A stretch of 64,000 nucleotides of DNA from Gammaproteobacteria bacterium (GCA_021773295.1 JAJFKI010000007.1:5046-69045); one strand, 5' to 3'; positions 38,742 to 48,926 are shown, numbered from the stretch's first letter. Notes: a model not told the origin generated them from the letters alone. Numbers and translations: made by a program.

Positions 38742-41185
38742 TCTTCTTGCTTCCCAGCTAATTCTTCATCCGTGAAATCGTCAACTGCGACAGCTTTTCT
38801 CACTGCTTCATCTGCCTTTCTGAGGAGTTCGATTTCTTCCTTCGTTAAGATCCCTTCTTTTGCTGCAATATTTAACTGCTCTTCAAAATCTGAAGCAGAT
38901 GAAATTAAATCTTCACTCACCGCTGAATAGAATTTTTTCTCAGCATCTTTCGCCGCAAGCACTGCATTAAAAGCATATTCCACTCGGCCCGTTGGATCAT
39001 CTACGCCCTCGCCAATAAAGATATCTTTGGTAAACTCTTTTCTGAAATCTGTTTGCTTAATCATTGCTCTTACAAGCTTATGTGATAATTCATCGGACGG
39101 ACCAGTACGATAGCTTTGCCCATAAGGGAAAATGACAAGTCGCATACAACGCCCCACCCCTTTAATTGGGAAGTTATGCGTTAAGTCGTCAATGGCTTTT
39201 TGAGTTTGTTGCAAAATATATTGCATAGCCCACTCAGCACTGTCTAAATCTGTTTCTGTCTCACCTTGCTCACGACAACGTCGCAATACTGCGGAGCCCA
39301 AATACAAATAACTTAAGATATCACCTAACCTGGCGGATAAGCTCTCTTTGCGTTTAATATCCCCCCCTAAGAGCAGCAGTGATATATCCGTTGCAAAGGC
39401 AAGCGCCGTGCTCATGCGCGTCAGTTGGCGGTAATAAGGTAGTAATTTTTGTTCGATGGGCACATTAATAAAGCGCCCACCAGTAATGCCATACCATAAG
39501 GCTTTAGCTAAATTACTTAAAGCATAGCCAATGTGCGAATACAACACTTTGTCGAACGCTTTCAACGCATCCTTACCTTCACCACCATGGGCTGCTTGTA
39601 TTTCAGCTTCAATGTATGGGTGACAACGCATAACGCCTTGCCCAAAGATAATTAAATTGCGCGTTAAAATATTTGCGCCTTCTACGGTGATGCTAACGGG
39701 TATTGATTGATGAGCGTGGCACATATAGTTACTGGGTCCATGCTGAACCGCCTTGCCTGCATGCACATCCATCACATAATTCAACACATCTCTACCTAAC
39801 TCCGTAGTATGATATTTCGTCAGCGCAGAAGCAATAGATGGTTTTAAGCCTAAATCAACAACGGAAGCCGTCATGGCACGCGTTGCTTCGATGATATAGG
39901 TCTTACCAGCAATATTCGCTAGAGCTTCTTCAACACCTTCAAATTTAGCAATAGGAATTTTAAATTGTTTGCGAATACGCGCATAAGCACCTGTCATTGC
40001 ATAGCCTAGGCGAGCCGCCGCACTGCTGATGGCTGGCAAAGATATAGAACGACCAATGGACAAACATGCCATTAACATTTTCCACCCTTCACCCAATCTA
40101 TCTTGGCCACCAATGATAAATTCCATCGGAATGAAAACGTCTTTACCTCGAGTAGGGCCATTCATAAAAGCCATACCCGCAGGAAAATGACGTAGGCCAA
40201 CTTCAACACCAGGATAATCTGCAGGGATTAAGCAGAGGGTAATGCCAATGTCTTCTTTGTCCCCCACAAGCTTATCTGGATCATATAATTTAAAGGCTAA
40301 ACCAATCACCGTTGCAATCGGTGCTAACGTGATATAGCGTTTGTCCCACGTCAAGCGAATGCCAAGCACTTCGCTCCCCTTATACATGCCTTTACAAACA
40401 ACACCTTTATCTGGAATTGAGCCCGCATCACTTCCGGCACTAGGGCCGGTTAAACCAAAACATGGTATCTCTTCACCAGAAGCTAAACGCGGTAAATAAT
40501 AATCTTTTTGTTCATCGGTACCATAATGATAGACTAATTCAGCGGGCCCAAGTGAATTAGGTACCATCATGCTAACGGCAGCACTCAAGCTTCGTGAGGA
40601 TATTTTACCAACAATGGTTGAATGGGCATAGGCTGAAAAAGCATGGCCTCCATATTTCTTTTCAATACATAAACCAAAAAAACCTTCTTTTCGCATATAG
40701 TCCCAAGCGGCTTCAGGGATCCGCCTGTCTTGCACAATTTGCCAATCATCTAGCATACGACATAAGGTGTTCACTTGGTTATCGACGAAGGATTGTTCTT
40801 CCTGACTTAAGGTTGGCTTTTTATACTCTGAAAACTTTTTCCAATCTGGATTGCCTTGGAATAAGTCTTTCTCCCACCAGACATCACCCGCATCTAAGGC
40901 TTCTTGCTCCGTTCGGCTAATAGGCGGTAATACACGTTTAAAATAAGCCAATATACCTTTGGTAAAGAAAGGCCGACGAACGTCAGCAATATTGAAAAGA
41001 ACCGCACTAACTAGATAAATAATCCAAGCGGGAAGTAATATAAACCAAGTCACAGAGCTAAAAAAGGAGTATACAAGAAGGACCGCAGCCATCACGCCCG
41101 TCCACACAATCGTCTTAGTACGATGAAATAAAAGCCACCAAACAATACCGATTAAAAGCAAAAATTCAATTAGTCCAGTCATCAT
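38714..41185 (-). CDS. fadE: Acyl-CoA dehydrogenase, long FadE type with N-terminal membrane segment
   Basis: 823 aa; collinear with E. coli FadE (FQGNPDWKK...; YGTDEQKDYYLPRLA.G.EIPCF.LT.P.AGSDAG.IPD.G). Confidence 0.88.
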   Translation of the reverse strand: MMTGLIEFLLLIGIVWWLLFHRTKTIVWTGVMAAVLLVYSFFSSVTWFILLPAWIIYLVSAVLFNIADVRRPFFTKGILAYFKRVLPPISRTEQEALDAGDVWWEKDLFQGNPDWKKFSEYKKPTLSQEEQSFVDNQVNTLCRMLDDWQIVQDRRIPEAAWDYMRKEGFFGLCIEKKYGGHAFSAYAHSTIVGKISSRSLSAAVSMMVPNSLGPAELVYHYGTDEQKDYYLPRLASGEEIPCFGLTGPSAGSDAGSIPDKGVVCKGMYKGSEVLGIRLTWDKRYITLAPIATVIGLAFKLYDPDKLVGDKEDIGITLCLIPADYPGVEVGLRHFPAGMAFMNGPTRGKDVFIPMEFIIGGQDRLGEGWKMLMACLSIGRSISLPAISSAAARLGYAMTGAYARIRKQFKIPIAKFEGVEEALANIAGKTYIIEATRAMTASVVDLGLKPSIASALTKYHTTELGRDVLNYVMDVHAGKAVQHGPSNYMCHAHQSIPVSITVEGANILTRNLIIFGQGVMRCHPYIEAEIQAAHGGEGKDALKAFDKVLYSHIGYALSNLAKALWYGITGGRFINVPIEQKLLPYYRQLTRMSTALAFATDISLLLLGGDIKRKESLSARLGDILSYLYLGSAVLRRCREQGETETDLDSAEWAMQYILQQTQKAIDDLTHNFPIKGVGRCMRLVIFPYGQSYRTGPSDELSHKLVRAMIKQTDFRKEFTKDIFIGEGVDDPTGRVEYAFNAVLAAKDAEKKFYSAVSEDLISSASDFEEQLNIAAKEGILTKEEIELLRKADEAVRKAVAVDDFTDEELAGKQEECLEKVRAV

Positions 41186-41264
41186 TCTTCCTTATATCAA
41201 TCGCTGCACACTTTATAATAACGGCTTCTCTCTCCTGCGCAAGCAAAAAAAGTATTCCTACTAA

Positions 41265-41442
41265 GTATATACCCATTACAGATGAAAATGCGAAATTAGG
41301 GCGATTTGATTTTTGTTCCCTTTGGACGTTAGAAATGCAGGTAATAGCCGGTCTATTGGCAAATTTCTAACGTTCAAAGGGGGCAAAAAGCAATAGCATT
41401 CATTTTGCATTTTCATCTGTGATGGGTATAGACCCATTACAG
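41265..41442. repeat. MITE-like ~175-bp palindromic element, copy 2
   Basis: Same termini (tatatacccattacagatgaaaatgcgaaatt / ...cattttcatctgtgatgggtataga) and internal architecture as copy 1; internal arms carry co-varying substitutions. Confidence 0.6.
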
Positions 41443-41539
41443 ATTCTGGCCTCATTTTGTCTGTTAATATTTTCCTTATTAAGCTATCTCTAAGGATACT
41501 TTTTGCGCATATTAAGTATACCCATCATACTTTTGATTC

Positions 41540-42070
41540 TCACTTACGCTTATGCTTTGTTCTGCGACGTGCCATTTGTTTTTTCGGTGATAAAGTAAAC
41601 CAATCTTCCTCCTTAATTGGGTGAAAATAATCCGCTTCCTCAGCCAGTAATGCTGATGTGGTTTCTTCAATCGCCGCGATTTCTATCCTTACACCTTCTG
41701 TTTTTAAATGGCGCACTAATTCAATATAGTCAGAGTCGCCAGACATAATGATAATGGTGTCTACCTTGCTGGCTAACTGCATTGCTTTAATCGACAAAGG
41801 AATATCTGCACTCTTATGACATGGGCGCACAGAGCCATGATACAGTTGATGCAAACGTTCTGCTAATTTTGATGAAATTTGCACCCCTTCGCGAAAATAA
41901 ATCAAACGATTTAACGCTCGGTTCAAGATGAGTCGTGGAATTAATTTATCAAAATTTAACATAGCACCTTCATCACCACACCGTTCATGGATACTACGTT
42001 CTATATTATTACCATCCACTAAAATGGCAACGGATTGACTTATAACGACATCGGGGGATTGCTGTGCCAT
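41540..42070 (-). CDS. NYN/LabA-like (PIN-like) domain protein with basic C-terminal tail
   Basis: 176 aa; VAILVDGNN and ...IIMSGDSD motifs typical of NYN/LabA nucleases; C-terminal KKQMARRRTKHKRK. Confidence 0.55.
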   Translation of the reverse strand: MAQQSPDVVISQSVAILVDGNNIERSIHERCGDEGAMLNFDKLIPRLILNRALNRLIYFREGVQISSKLAERLHQLYHGSVRPCHKSADIPLSIKAMQLASKVDTIIIMSGDSDYIELVRHLKTEGVRIEIAAIEETTSALLAEEADYFHPIKEEDWFTLSPKKQMARRRTKHKRK

Positions 42071-42898
42071 TTATTTGTCCTCCACATATAAATCTGGAAA
42101 TAATTCAGCACTAGGATCGACCGCATAGTCTACAAAATTCATAACACCTTCCTCTTTTAAAACATTTTCATCAAAATAAAAATTACCACTATTGGTTTTA
42201 GCTTCTTTAGTTAATATAGCGTAGGCAGCATCCGCAACAATGCTGGGGTGTCGACTACGCTTGATTAATTCACTGGGGAAATGCACTTTAATGGCCATGG
42301 TTGCAATGGTTGTTCTAGGCCACAATGAATTCACTGCCACACCTTGTTCTTTATACTCGGCTGCCAATCCCAAGGTACACATACTCATTCCATATTTTGA
42401 CATCGTGTAGGCGAGATGATCTTTAAACCATTTTGGCGATAAATTAAGGGGAGGCGATAAAGTGAGTATATGAGGATTATCTGATTTCACTAAGTGCGGC
42501 AAACAGGCTTGTGACATCGCAAAAGTTGCGCGCACATTCACATCAAACATTAAATCAAATCGACGCATTGGCGTCTTTTGTGTGGGTGTCAAATTAATAG
42601 CGCTGGCATTATTGACGAGTATATCAAGTTTGCCAAACGCATCGATGACTCTGTCTACCACTGCTTGTATTTGCTTTTCATCGCGCACGTCTAAGGCGAG
42701 CCCTAGTGCCTTACCACCTGCTTGTTCTACGGCTTTTGCCACGGTATCAATAGTACCTGGTAATGAAGGGTGTGGTTTGGTGGTTTTACCTGTAATAATA
42801 AGAGTGGCACCATCTCGCGCACATTTTAAGGCAATGGCTTCGCCGATGCCACGGGTCGAGCCCGTAATCAATATCACCTTGCCTTCCAGGGGCTGCAT
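42071..42898 (-). CDS. Short-chain dehydrogenase/reductase (SDR)
   Basis: TGSTRGIGEAIA Rossmann motif, YxxxK region; stop abuts the start of the NYN gene (1-nt spacing). Confidence 0.85.
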   Translation of the reverse strand: MQPLEGKVILITGSTRGIGEAIALKCARDGATLIITGKTTKPHPSLPGTIDTVAKAVEQAGGKALGLALDVRDEKQIQAVVDRVIDAFGKLDILVNNASAINLTPTQKTPMRRFDLMFDVNVRATFAMSQACLPHLVKSDNPHILTLSPPLNLSPKWFKDHLAYTMSKYGMSMCTLGLAAEYKEQGVAVNSLWPRTTIATMAIKVHFPSELIKRSRHPSIVADAAYAILTKEAKTNSGNFYFDENVLKEEGVMNFVDYAVDPSAELFPDLYVEDK

Positions 42899-42964
42899 CT
42901 TTTATTCCTTTTTATTATTCGATAGACAATCTTAGCATAATTTTGGCAAGCTACGATAGCTGCA

Positions 42965-43372
42965 CTATTCTTTATAAATACCCTTCTTATCAATCAACAC
43001 TTTCATAGAAAAATTTTTATCCATAGCAATTAAAAAGTGGTAATAAAGTTGCTGATGTTCATTTTTCTCCAGACTCAATCGATAGTATAAAGTGAAACCA
43101 TTAAGCTGCTTTCGACAATAACTGGATAAATTAAAGTCATAAAGCGCACTATCTGACACGACACAGGAAAAATGCTGTTTCTGTTTTATGCCGGCTGCTA
43201 GTGACAGCGCTAAGCTTTGGGCAAGAACTTGGCGCCTTTGTCTCGCCCAATGGTTTTGGTTTGCTCGTACTAACCACTCAATATTGGAAAACGTAGCCAT
43301 TGTCATCGCTGTTAAAATAAAAAGTAAGACTAATACTTGCACTAGGATAAATCCCTTTCTTCTACCTTGCAT
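42965..43372 (-). CDS. Minor pilin/pseudopilin-like protein (PilX/GspK-like N-terminus)
   Basis: RRKGFILVQVLVLLFILTAM class-III-signal-like hydrophobic N-terminus lacking Glu+5; last gene of a three-gene overlapping operon. Confidence 0.4.
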   Translation of the reverse strand: MQGRRKGFILVQVLVLLFILTAMTMATFSNIEWLVRANQNHWARQRRQVLAQSLALSLAAGIKQKQHFSCVVSDSALYDFNLSSYCRKQLNGFTLYYRLSLEKNEHQQLYYHFLIAMDKNFSMKVLIDKKGIYKE

Positions 43373-44240
43373 AAGCTATCCTCAGCCAGGCATACCACGC
43401 TTGATAATATTTGCCATCCTCAGCGATATGAAGCGCACCATTAAAACGGTAAGGACGTTTCTTTAACGTCACAGCTTCGATGCTATCCGTTAACAAGGCA
43501 AGTTGTAGCAAGGGCTGCGGTCCAGGCAGCCCTTTTAATTGCATATTATCCACACCTGCTACAATTTCTTGTGCTGGGTAGTACAGTGATTTTTGATATA
43601 AGGCATAATTTTTTTGCTGACGCTTGTTATGGTAATTGGTTTGTCGAATATAAAAATAATCATCCTCATAAAGGCCCACCCAAGCTCGCCCACGAAAACC
43701 CGATAAATTACTCTGTGTTACTACAGTAAATGAGTGGCCATGTTGCTGCACTGTCTTCACAATAAATTCTTTTGCAACAGTACAATTGCTAATGATCATC
43801 CGCATACCATTGTTCACTGTTCGATCAAGTTTGAACTGTAGTTGATGGCCTTGGGAGTTGATAGCAATAACGCGGGCAGGTTGTGCTGACATATAACGTA
43901 CTTCCAACACCATTGTCTTTGGTTTCATGGCACGTTTAACGCTCGCAGGCAAACCGCTGGAATAGTTAGAAAGAATTCTCAGTGCGTGCTGTGGGTTAAT
44001 ATGGGCCGTTTTTAAAACCTGTTGATGATTATCACAACCTAAAAACCCACTGAGAAGGCTTGCTTTTGTGATGATCGATAATGCGACTAAGCCATGGTAT
44101 TGCACGGTGGCGCGCGCCTGAGTCATTTCCATGCTTTTTTTTGCAGTCAATAATAAACGACTTACGAAACTGATAAAAAGACTACTCAAGAAAATCACGA
44201 GTAATAATTCCATCATCGCTACCGCTATCACTTTTTTCAT
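43362..44240 (-). CDS. Putative minor pilin, PilW-like
   Basis: 292 aa; N-terminal hydrophobic helix (AMMELLLVIFLSSLF); size and operon position between PilV-like and PilX-like genes. Confidence 0.35.
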   Translation of the reverse strand: MKKVIAVAMMELLLVIFLSSLFISFVSRLLLTAKKSMEMTQARATVQYHGLVALSIITKASLLSGFLGCDNHQQVLKTAHINPQHALRILSNYSSGLPASVKRAMKPKTMVLEVRYMSAQPARVIAINSQGHQLQFKLDRTVNNGMRMIISNCTVAKEFIVKTVQQHGHSFTVVTQSNLSGFRGRAWVGLYEDDYFYIRQTNYHNKRQQKNYALYQKSLYYPAQEIVAGVDNMQLKGLPGPQPLLQLALLTDSIEAVTLKKRPYRFNGALHIAEDGKYYQAWYAWLRIAYAR

Positions 44241-44242
44241 TG

Positions 44243-44557
44243 TTAATATCTCAACTTAGCCTGTGATTGCTGCCATTGAATACTAAGTGCGCCCTGACTT
44301 ATGTTGACTTTTGCATAAGGTATTAACGTTCTTAGCTGCCTCTCCCAGTGGGGGATACGTGATGACTGTTGTGCTTGAATGATGTTATAGGCACTTATTA
44401 ACGCCGTCTCAGCGACGGTCCTTTTCAGTAGTCGCTCACTTTGTTGTGCGCTTAGCGCCAATAATTTAAGGCAGGCAAAAGCGCCAAAACTCATTACCAA
44501 TAAGGCGACTAACAACTCTAGCAATGAAAACCCTCTGGCAAATGTTGGCATAGGCAC
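44243..44557 (-). CDS. Type IV (pseudo)pilin-like protein with canonical prepilin signal (PilV/FimT-like)
   Basis: N-terminus ..ARGFSLLELLVALLVMSFG: G-1, F+1, E+5 prepilin peptidase motif. Confidence 0.55.
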   Translation of the reverse strand: MPMPTFARGFSLLELLVALLVMSFGAFACLKLLALSAQQSERLLKRTVAETALISAYNIIQAQQSSRIPHWERQLRTLIPYAKVNISQGALSIQWQQSQAKLRY

Positions 44558-44634
44558 CTCTGTGTTTTATGTTTTTGAATTTTTAATTATTATGTTTAAT
44601 ATGCTTATAAATCACAAGCATTATTTAACATGTT

Positions 44635-45492
44635 TTGTTACAATCAATTGTTACTATATTGAACAGAATGGAACGTACTATGTTTAAATCGAAATACATC
44701 GCAAAATTTCCCGATGAAAATGGCATCATTCATTACAATGATAAAGAAAACTTGGTGTGGAATAAGCTTTATACTCGCCAACTTAATATCGTGGAACAGT
44801 ATGCCTGCGATGCTTTTTTGCAAGGGTTAGACATTTTAAAGTTTGCAACAGATAGGGTACCTCAAGTCAAAGAAATCAATGCGGCCCTAGGTAATACCAC
44901 TGGTTGGAGCGTTGAACCCGTCGAAGCATTAATACCTGCCGTGCAATTTTTCACCTTGCTCGCTAATCGTAAATTCCCTGCGGCTAATTTCATTCGCAGC
45001 ATTGAGGATTTTAATTACGTCACTGAGCCCGATATTTTCCATGAATATTTTGGTCACTTGCCAGTACTCACTCATCAAGCCTTTGCTGATTTCATGGAGC
45101 AATATGGCAAGTTTGCCCTGAATGCCAGTGAAGCGGATCGCCCTTATCTCGCCAGGCTCTATTGGTTTACCGTGGAATTCGGCTTATTAAAAACTGATAA
45201 AGGGATAAAAAATTATGGTGGCGGCATTTTATCATCGCCTGAAGAAACGGTGTATGCCGTTGATAGTGATAGCCCTGAACGCAGATCCTTGAGCGATATA
45301 CTCTCTGTGTTACGCACACCCTATCGTGTCGATATGATGCAAGCCGTATACTACGTAGCAGATGCTTTTGAAGAATTGTATCAGCTATTGAATGACGATT
45401 TGTTTGACTTGATTCAAGAGGCTCGTAGTTTAGGAGATTTCGAACCGACCTTCCCCTTACCTCGAGAAGATCAAAAAGGCGTTATGTGTTAA
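44635..45492 (+). CDS. phhA: Phenylalanine 4-monooxygenase
   Basis: Collinear with bacterial PAH (EPD(I/V)FH(E/D)(Y/L)FGH(L/V)P(V/L)L; LARLYW(F/Y)TVEFGL); start probably at a downstream Met (MERTMFKSK). Confidence 0.88.
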   Translation: MLQSIVTILNRMERTMFKSKYIAKFPDENGIIHYNDKENLVWNKLYTRQLNIVEQYACDAFLQGLDILKFATDRVPQVKEINAALGNTTGWSVEPVEALIPAVQFFTLLANRKFPAANFIRSIEDFNYVTEPDIFHEYFGHLPVLTHQAFADFMEQYGKFALNASEADRPYLARLYWFTVEFGLLKTDKGIKNYGGGILSSPEETVYAVDSDSPERRSLSDILSVLRTPYRVDMMQAVYYVADAFEELYQLLNDDLFDLIQEARSLGDFEPTFPLPREDQKGVMC

Positions 45493-45516
45493 TTATTTAT
45501 CAAAGGAATTTCTATT

Positions 45517-45852
45517 ATGTCAAATGATTTAAATACTAAAAAATGTGTTCCCTGCGAAGGTGGCGTACCTGCTTTGAGTAAAACAGAAGCGCAAATCCTC
45601 ACAAAGCAATTACATAACGATTGGGTATTAGCTGAAAAAAACGATGAAATTTATCGCGAAGTAAATTTCAAAAATTATTATGAAACTATGGCCTTCGTTA
45701 ATGCCGTTGCCTGGATGGCGCACCAAGAGGATCACCACCCAGATTTAAGCGTACATTATAATAAATGTCGTATTCGCTACAGCACCCATGCCATTAACGG
45801 TCTGTCTGAAAATGATTTCATTTGCGCAGCGAAAGTTGACGCATTATTGTAA
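45517..45852 (+). CDS. phhB: Pterin-4a-carbinolamine dehydratase
   Basis: 111 aa; (E/Q)DHHPD active-site motif; immediately downstream of phhA. Confidence 0.88.
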   Translation: MSNDLNTKKCVPCEGGVPALSKTEAQILTKQLHNDWVLAEKNDEIYREVNFKNYYETMAFVNAVAWMAHQEDHHPDLSVHYNKCRIRYSTHAINGLSENDFICAAKVDALL

Positions 45853-47760
45853 TTAATGATTCATTTCAACAAACAGTTGGTTCATGCGTTGTACGAAGGT
45901 TGCAGGATCATCTAAGGTGCCACCTTCTGCCAACACGGCTTGATCAAATAACACATGGCTTAATTCACTAAAGCGTGATTCTACCGTTTCATTTTGTAAT
46001 TTAAGCACCAGTGGATGTTCTGGGTTTAATTCCAAAATTGGTTTATTCGTTGGCACATCCTGACCTGCTGCTTTTAAGATACGCTGGATATTCATTCCCA
46101 TATCTTGCTCATCGGCAACAATACACGCTGGTGAAGATGTCAAACGATGTGTCATGCGTACATCTTTAGTTTTATCTTTTAATTCTTCTTTAATACGCGT
46201 TAGCACATCAGCAAATTTTTCTTCTGTTTCTTTTTTCTGCTCTTGCTCAACTTCATCTTCCAATTCACCTAAGTCTAAATCACCGCGAGTAATAGAGATT
46301 AATTGCTTACCTTCATACTCATTCAAATGAGCAACAAGCCATTCATCAACACGCTCATGAAGTAATAACACTTCGATGCCTTTCTTACGGAAAATTTCCA
46401 AGTGTGGACTGTGCCTAGTAGCATTAAAGCCATCGGCCGTGATGAAATATATCTTATCTTGATCTGGCTGCACACGAGCCAAGTAATCATCCAATGAAAT
46501 TTCTTGGGTTTCTTTGTCATCAAAGGTCGTGCTAAAGCGTAACAGTTTCGCTAATTTTTCACGGTTTGCGAAATCTTCAGCTAAACCTTCTTTGATCACT
46601 GGGCCGAATTCTTTCCAGAATTCATTATATTGCTCTTTATCGTTTTCAGCCATTTTCGCTAACATATCTAGTATACGTTTAGTCGTCGCTGCACGAATGT
46701 TGTCGATAACTTTATTGTTTTGCAATAACTCACGCGATACGTTTAATGGTAAATCATTTGAATCAATCACACCTTTCACAAAACGTAAGTATAAAGGCAG
46801 TAATTGCTCAGCATTATCCATTATAAATACGCGTTGCACATAAAGCTTTAAGCCTCTTGGCATATCGCGGTTCCACATATCAAAGGGTGCCGCTTTTGGT
46901 AAATAAAGTAAGCTCGTGTATTCTAACTTACCTTCAACTTTATTGTGCGCCCAGGTAAGTGGCTCTTGGAAATCATGAGAAATGTGTTTATAGAATTCTT
47001 GATATTCTTCTTCCGTAATTTTTGATTTAGGCAAAGTCCATAAGGCTTTAGCTTTATTTACGGCATTATACTCAGCCTTTTTGCCTTCTTTTTCTTGCTC
47101 TTCAGTCAATACTTCCTTCATTAAGACAGGGAAGGAAATATGATCGGAGTACTTGGTGATAATACTTTGCAAACGCCATTGATCTAAAAATTCTGACTCG
47201 TCTTCTTTAAGATGCAAGGTAATTATCGTACCTCTATCAGCTTTAGTAATAGCTTCAATGGTGTAATCACCTTCACCACAAGATTCCCATCTCACAGCTT
47301 CATCTTTTGTTAAGCCGGCACGTCTGGTTTCAACAGTCACCTTGTCTGCAACAATAAAACTTGAATAAAAGCCTACGCCAAATTGCCCAATCAATTGACT
47401 ATCTTTTGCTTTGTCTTTACCTAGCGCTGCTAGGAATTCACTGGTCCCTGATTTAGCAATCGTCCCTAAATGATCAATCACTTCTTGGCGCGACATCCCA
47501 ACACCATTATCTTTAATAGTAATGGTTTTAGCATCAGCATCGTAATCGACCCGTATTTTCAATTCATGATCATCTTCATAGAGTGAATCGTTAGCCAACG
47601 CTTCAAAACGTAATTTGTCTTCGGCATCCGAGGCATTAGAGATTAACTCTCTTAAAAAGATTTCTTTATTACTGTATAAGGCATGGGTCACGAGGTGCAA
47701 TAATTGCTTAACCTCTGTTTGAAAGCCTAAGGTTTCTTTATTTTCGACCGTTTCACTCAT
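45853..47760 (-). CDS. htpG: Molecular chaperone HtpG (Hsp90)
   Basis: 635 aa; GHKL ATPase N-terminus ([23 protein letters not shown]). Confidence 0.95.
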   Translation of the reverse strand: MSETVENKETLGFQTEVKQLLHLVTHALYSNKEIFLRELISNASDAEDKLRFEALANDSLYEDDHELKIRVDYDADAKTITIKDNGVGMSRQEVIDHLGTIAKSGTSEFLAALGKDKAKDSQLIGQFGVGFYSSFIVADKVTVETRRAGLTKDEAVRWESCGEGDYTIEAITKADRGTIITLHLKEDESEFLDQWRLQSIITKYSDHISFPVLMKEVLTEEQEKEGKKAEYNAVNKAKALWTLPKSKITEEEYQEFYKHISHDFQEPLTWAHNKVEGKLEYTSLLYLPKAAPFDMWNRDMPRGLKLYVQRVFIMDNAEQLLPLYLRFVKGVIDSNDLPLNVSRELLQNNKVIDNIRAATTKRILDMLAKMAENDKEQYNEFWKEFGPVIKEGLAEDFANREKLAKLLRFSTTFDDKETQEISLDDYLARVQPDQDKIYFITADGFNATRHSPHLEIFRKKGIEVLLLHERVDEWLVAHLNEYEGKQLISITRGDLDLGELEDEVEQEQKKETEEKFADVLTRIKEELKDKTKDVRMTHRLTSSPACIVADEQDMGMNIQRILKAAGQDVPTNKPILELNPEHPLVLKLQNETVESRFSELSHVLFDQAVLAEGGTLDDPATFVQRMNQLFVEMNH

Positions 47761-47804
47761 TTTTTAGATACTCCTGATTTAATCATTATCACATTGATAG
47801 GGTA

Positions 47805-47832
47805 TTTGGGGGCCAATGGCAAAATTTCAAGG
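47805..47832 (-). promoter_or_regulatory. Sigma-32 (RpoH)-type heat-shock promoter upstream of htpG
   Basis: On the minus strand: CTTGAAA (-35), 12-nt spacer, CCCCCAAATA (-10; consensus CCCCATNT), ~45 nt upstream of the htpG ATG. Confidence 0.6.
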
Positions 47833-47892
47833 CTTGCCAGTCAGATTACATAGGGTTATAGTAATTTTTTCACAAAAAACTTGGACTGATCA

Positions 47893-48480
47893 ATGAATTA
47901 TCATGCTTTAGCCACTGTACAATTAGGCTCTGAAAATGACTACTATAAAGCTGGTGATTTACCAGAAATTGTCCACGCTGATGACTCGGCCTTGGATGTA
48001 TTGTTTGACTTTAAACACACCAAGGCACTCACAATTGGCTATGAAAAACCCATTTTTGAGGCTCGCCAAGAAATGACATTTTGTGGGATTTTAGTCTTGT
48101 TGGTCGTTGATGAACTAGGGCAAGCCGTAGGTTTGATTAGTTCTGAAGATATTCTCGGCACAAAACCCGTTAAAATTTCACAAGAAAAAGATATGCAGCG
48201 TGCTGACATCAAAGTCAGTATGATAATGACCCCTTGTGAGAAACTAACAGCCATCTCCATACAGGATGTGGAAAGCGCCAAAGTTGGTCATATTTTAGAA
48301 ACATTGATTGAAAACAAATGCCACTATGCCTTAGCGGTCGACGTCGATGCAGATACCGATAAAAAAATTGTCCGTGGCGTCTTTTCTTTAACCCACATCA
48401 GTCGCCAATTAGACATTGATCCCGCAACACAAGCACGCTATGCCACAAGCTTAGCAAAGCTAAAACAAATGTTCGATTAA
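47893..48480 (+). CDS. CBS-domain pair protein
   Basis: 195 aa; two CBS motifs (..LVVDELGQAVGLISSEDIL.. and ..ALAVDVDADTDKKIVRGVFSLTHI..). Confidence 0.7.
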   Translation: MNYHALATVQLGSENDYYKAGDLPEIVHADDSALDVLFDFKHTKALTIGYEKPIFEARQEMTFCGILVLLVVDELGQAVGLISSEDILGTKPVKISQEKDMQRADIKVSMIMTPCEKLTAISIQDVESAKVGHILETLIENKCHYALAVDVDADTDKKIVRGVFSLTHISRQLDIDPATQARYATSLAKLKQMFD

Positions 48481-48490
48481 GAATTAAAAA

Positions 48491-48886
48491 TTAAACTCTC
48501 GACCCCAAATCCTTGTCTTCCTCATCACCTGCGATAAGGTATGTTAATTCATCACATAAAATTATCTGATTGCCTTTAAATTTCATGTAAGCAATCACTT
48601 TGGCTTCTATTTGTCGGCCATTGATTTTTGTCGCATCAATGTGATGCACACTACAAACAGCATCATCTTCTTCAATTAAATGTTCAAAATCAATAGTGAC
48701 TTTCTCAATGCTAGATTTTAATACTTTGATATGCTGCACAAATGAATCAAAATTTAAAGACTTGCCGTCAACATGCTGAACATACTCAGGATGAAAATAT
48801 TGTTTGATAATCGAGGCATCAAACGAACCAGCACCAAAAACTTCTAAAAATATTTTCTTAACGAATGCTTTTTTGCTTTCCATCAA
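48491..48886 (-). CDS. Hypothetical protein, NTF2/SnoaL-like fold (tentative)
   Basis: 131 aa; size and hydrophobic pattern consistent with SnoaL-like cyclase/NTF2 fold; no catalytic motif recognised. Confidence 0.35.
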   Translation of the reverse strand: MMESKKAFVKKIFLEVFGAGSFDASIIKQYFHPEYVQHVDGKSLNFDSFVQHIKVLKSSIEKVTIDFEHLIEEDDAVCSVHHIDATKINGRQIEAKVIAYMKFKGNQIILCDELTYLIAGDEEDKDLGSRV

Positions 48887-48926
48887 TATTTCTCCCTTTA
48901 AAATTTATCTCTACACCCATCGTACT

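Noticed and set aside
47795-47850. Apparent fragment of the MITE-like element (ggcaaaatttcaaggcttg resembles the internal arm tattgccaaatttcaaagcctg)
   Set aside because: Better explained as the sigma-32 promoter of htpG (CTTGAAA, 12 nt, CCCCCAAATA); the similarity to the element is short and partial.
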